From a candidate division WOR-3 bacterium (GTDB lineage Bacteria > Hydrothermota > Hydrothermia > LBFQ01): a DNA stretch of 17,294 bases. Under the pieces are notes generated by a model, which saw only the letters and a list, made by a program, of their open reading frames with translations, had not been told where the DNA came from and searched no databases. Below are positions 15,148 through 17,294 of this stretch, one piece after another. The translations under genes were made by a program, and so were the position numbers. Positions within the stretch are counted from its first letter, which is position 1. Each line of letters begins with the position of its first letter. The DNA is taken from positions 1 to 17,294 of the forward strand of contig JALUCS010000024.1 of the NCBI GenBank assembly GCA_027050205.1, read 5' to 3'.

Positions 15148-17294
15148 ATGGCACAGGAGGTTAAGAAGCCGGAGCTGGAGTTTGACTACAGCAAGTACGG
15201 CTTTCGCGACGAGATAGAGTACAAGTACATCGGGAAGCCCGGTCTCTCCCGCCAGCTCATAGAGGAGATCTCCCACATAAAGGGAGAGCCGGACTGGATG
15301 CGGGAGATACGCCTTAAGGCGTACGAGGCCTTTATCCGTATGCCCATGCCCAAGTGGGGGCCGGACCTCTCCGAGGTGGAGAGGATGTTTGACAAGATAG
15401 TGTATTACGCCTCACCCACCGACCCCAACCGTAAGGCTCGGACGTGGGACGACGTCCCCGACTCCATCAAGAGGACGTTTGAGCGACTGGGGGTGCCGGA
15501 GGCGGAGAGGAAGTGGCTGGCGGGCCTGGGCGCCCAGTACGACAGCGAGGTCGTCTATCACAGGATAAGGGAGGACCTTGAGAGGAAGGGGGTCATCTTC
15601 GTGGATATGGATACGGCCGTCCGGGAGTACCCCGACCTCGTCAAGGAGTACTTTGGCACCGTCGTACCCTACGCGGACAACAAGTTCGCTGCCCTCAATA
15701 CGGCCGTGTGGTCGGGTGGCTCCTTCGTCTACGTACCCGCCGGGGTGGAGGTGGACTTCCCCCTCCAGGCCTACTTCCGGATAAACCTTGAGAACTTCGG
15801 CCAGTTTGAAAGAACGCTTATAATCGTTGAGGAGGGGGCTAAAGTGCATTATATTGAAGGTTGCACCGCACCTATCTACTCCTCCGGTTCCCTCCACTCC
15901 GCAGTCGTTGAGGTGATAGCCAAGCGAGGCTCCCACGTCCGTTATACCACCATCCAGAACTGGGCGAAGCACATATACAACCTCGTGACGAAGAGGGCGG
16001 TCGCCTACCGGGACGCCTTCGTGGAGTGGGTAAACGGGGAGCTGGGCTGCCTGACGGGAGACTCCTACATCTTCAAGAACAACGACGTGGTCCCCATAAA
16101 GGACATAAACGTCGGAGACTACGTCTGGTCCCTGACCCCGGATATGAAGATAGTGCGGAGCCGGGTCGTTGCTAAGAAGGTGAATCCCCCGCGTCCCGTG
16201 TATAGGCTCCTCCTCCAGAACGGCCGGGAGGTCAAGGCTACGGACAACCATCCCTTCCTCGTCCTCAGAAAGGTTGGCAAACTCCTGACCCTCGGATGGA
16301 TGCCCCTGTGGGATATAAGGGAAGGGGACTACGTCGCCATAGCCGGGAGGATACCGGATCACGGCAAACCCTATACCCTCAACTTCACACCGGAGCGCAG
16401 GGGGAACAAGCCCGTTAAACTCCCGGAGAGGACCACGGAGGACCTGATGTGGCTCCTCGGTTTCTATCTGGGGGACGGCTATACGGACGACAACCGCATA
16501 TACTTCGCCGTACCGGAGGACGACCCCGCCGAGCCGAAGGTACGCCGTATCTTTGAGGACGTATTCGGCATCAAACTCCAGAGGAGGGGGGTCGTTCTCA
16601 GAACGGGGAGCGTGGAGATAGTGGATTTCATAAGGAGTATAGGACTCGGAGGGAACGCCAGAACGAAGCGGGTCCCCGATTGGGTATATACCCTGCCGGA
16701 GAGCCAGCGGAAGGCCTTTATACAGGGATACATAGACGCCGACGGTCACGTCAGAAAGGGCCACAAAAACCTCACCATCACGAGCGCCAACAGGGAACTC
16801 CTTGAGCAGATAAAACTCCTCGCCATGTCCGTCGGTATGAATCCCACGAAGATCACCCGACATGTAAGAAAAGAGAAGTTGCCCCTCGGAAAGGAAGAGA
16901 AGACTTATATCACGTACTTCCTCCACTTCTCCAAGGAGGAGATAAACGCCCCGGTACACTTCGTCAAAGTTGGCAAGGTGGAGTACGTGGGTGAGGAGGT
17001 AACCTACGACATAGAGGTGGAGGGGACGGCCAACTTCATAGCCAACGGCATCTTCGCCCACAACAGTAAGGTCACCATGAAGTACCCCGGTGTCATCCTC
17101 AAGGAGCCGGGGGCCAGGATGGAGCTTCTCACCGTCTCCTACGCCGGCAAGGGCCAGATTCAGGATAGCGGAGCCAAGGCCATACACCTCGCCCCCTACA
17201 CCACCTCCACCATAACCTCCAAGTCCATATCCAAGGACGGCGGCAGGGCCTCTTACAGGGGGCTGCTGAAGGTCGTAAAGGGCGCCCATCACGT
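15148..17294 (+). CDS. sufB: Fe-S cluster assembly protein SufB, intein-containing, truncated at the window end (absent from the ORF track)
   Basis: Manual translation: MAQEVKKPE...EPDWM...AQYDSEVVY...[21 protein letters not shown]...GQFERTLII...YIEGCTAP...LHSAVVE...YTTIQNW...EWVNGELG-[intein]-SKVTMKYP...[10 protein letters not shown]. No stop codon before the edge. Confidence 0.96.
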   Translation, partial: MAQEVKKPELEFDYSKYGFRDEIEYKYIGKPGLSRQLIEEISHIKGEPDWMREIRLKAYEAFIRMPMPKWGPDLSEVERMFDKIVYYASPTDPNRKARTWDDVPDSIKRTFERLGVPEAERKWLAGLGAQYDSEVVYHRIREDLERKGVIFVDMDTAVREYPDLVKEYFGTVVPYADNKFAALNTAVWSGGSFVYVPAGVEVDFPLQAYFRINLENFGQFERTLIIVEEGAKVHYIEGCTAPIYSSGSLHSAVVEVIAKRGSHVRYTTIQNWAKHIYNLVTKRAVAYRDAFVEWVNGELGCLTGDSYIFKNNDVVPIKDINVGDYVWSLTPDMKIVRSRVVAKKVNPPRPVYRLLLQNGREVKATDNHPFLVLRKVGKLLTLGWMPLWDIREGDYVAIAGRIPDHGKPYTLNFTPERRGNKPVKLPERTTEDLMWLLGFYLGDGYTDDNRIYFAVPEDDPAEPKVRRIFEDVFGIKLQRRGVVLRTGSVEIVDFIRSIGLGGNARTKRVPDWVYTLPESQRKAFIQGYIDADGHVRKGHKNLTITSANRELLEQIKLLAMSVGMNPTKITRHVRKEKLPLGKEEKTYITYFLHFSKEEINAPVHFVKVGKVEYVGEEVTYDIEVEGTANFIANGIFAHNSKVTMKYPGVILKEPGARMELLTVSYAGKGQIQDSGAKAIHLAPYTTSTITSKSISKDGGRASYRGLLKVVKGAHH
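16048..17064 (+). mobile_element. Intein (339 aa) with LAGLIDADG homing endonuclease, in frame within SufB after Gly300
   Basis: Block A CLTGDS, block B ATDNHPF, endonuclease motifs LLGFYLGDG (16453-16479) and [10 protein letters not shown] (16717-16746), block F VTYDIEV and block G ANGIFAHN followed by Ser+1. Removing it restores the SufB motif [12 protein letters not shown]. Confidence 0.96.

Noticed and set aside
15412..17292. 626-aa minus-strand ORF
   Set aside because: Antisense shadow of sufB plus intein, which is clearly the coding strand.

Overview
GC-rich bacterial chromosomal window. Frequent AGG/ATA codons suggest a thermophile, and T9SS-like C-terminal tails point to an FCB-related lineage such as WOR-3; both are inferences. 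Left to right: a secreted OB-fold/phospholipase-D-family protein divergent from an M1 aminopeptidase, a stand-alone biotin carboxylase and recN. Next is a minus-strand translation block read as rpmH (missed by the ORF track) - divergent EF-G paralog - lone ABC-2 permease - rpsL - rpsG - basic 114-aa orphan. Then come a C26 glutamine amidotransferase, a CxxCH/Reeler-like secreted protein, an ~840-bp AT-rich non-coding island with 56-bp direct repeats, a transglutaminase-like lipoprotein, and sufB (missed by the ORF track, truncated at the right edge) carrying a 339-aa LAGLIDADG intein. Main points of interest: (1) almost every first-in-operon gene has a TANAAT -10 box 6-8 nt before its start codon, implying pervasive leaderless expression, and rpsL and rpmH share a 25/26-nt element; (2) three CTD-bearing exported proteins have only a ~7-residue uncharged hydrophobic N-terminus; (3) the str operon is rewired, with an orphan basic protein in the fusA slot and an EF-G lacking both domain IV translocation loops; (4) the SufB intein, a codon-usage patch at a second, empty intein site, and an IscR/Rrf2-like operator.
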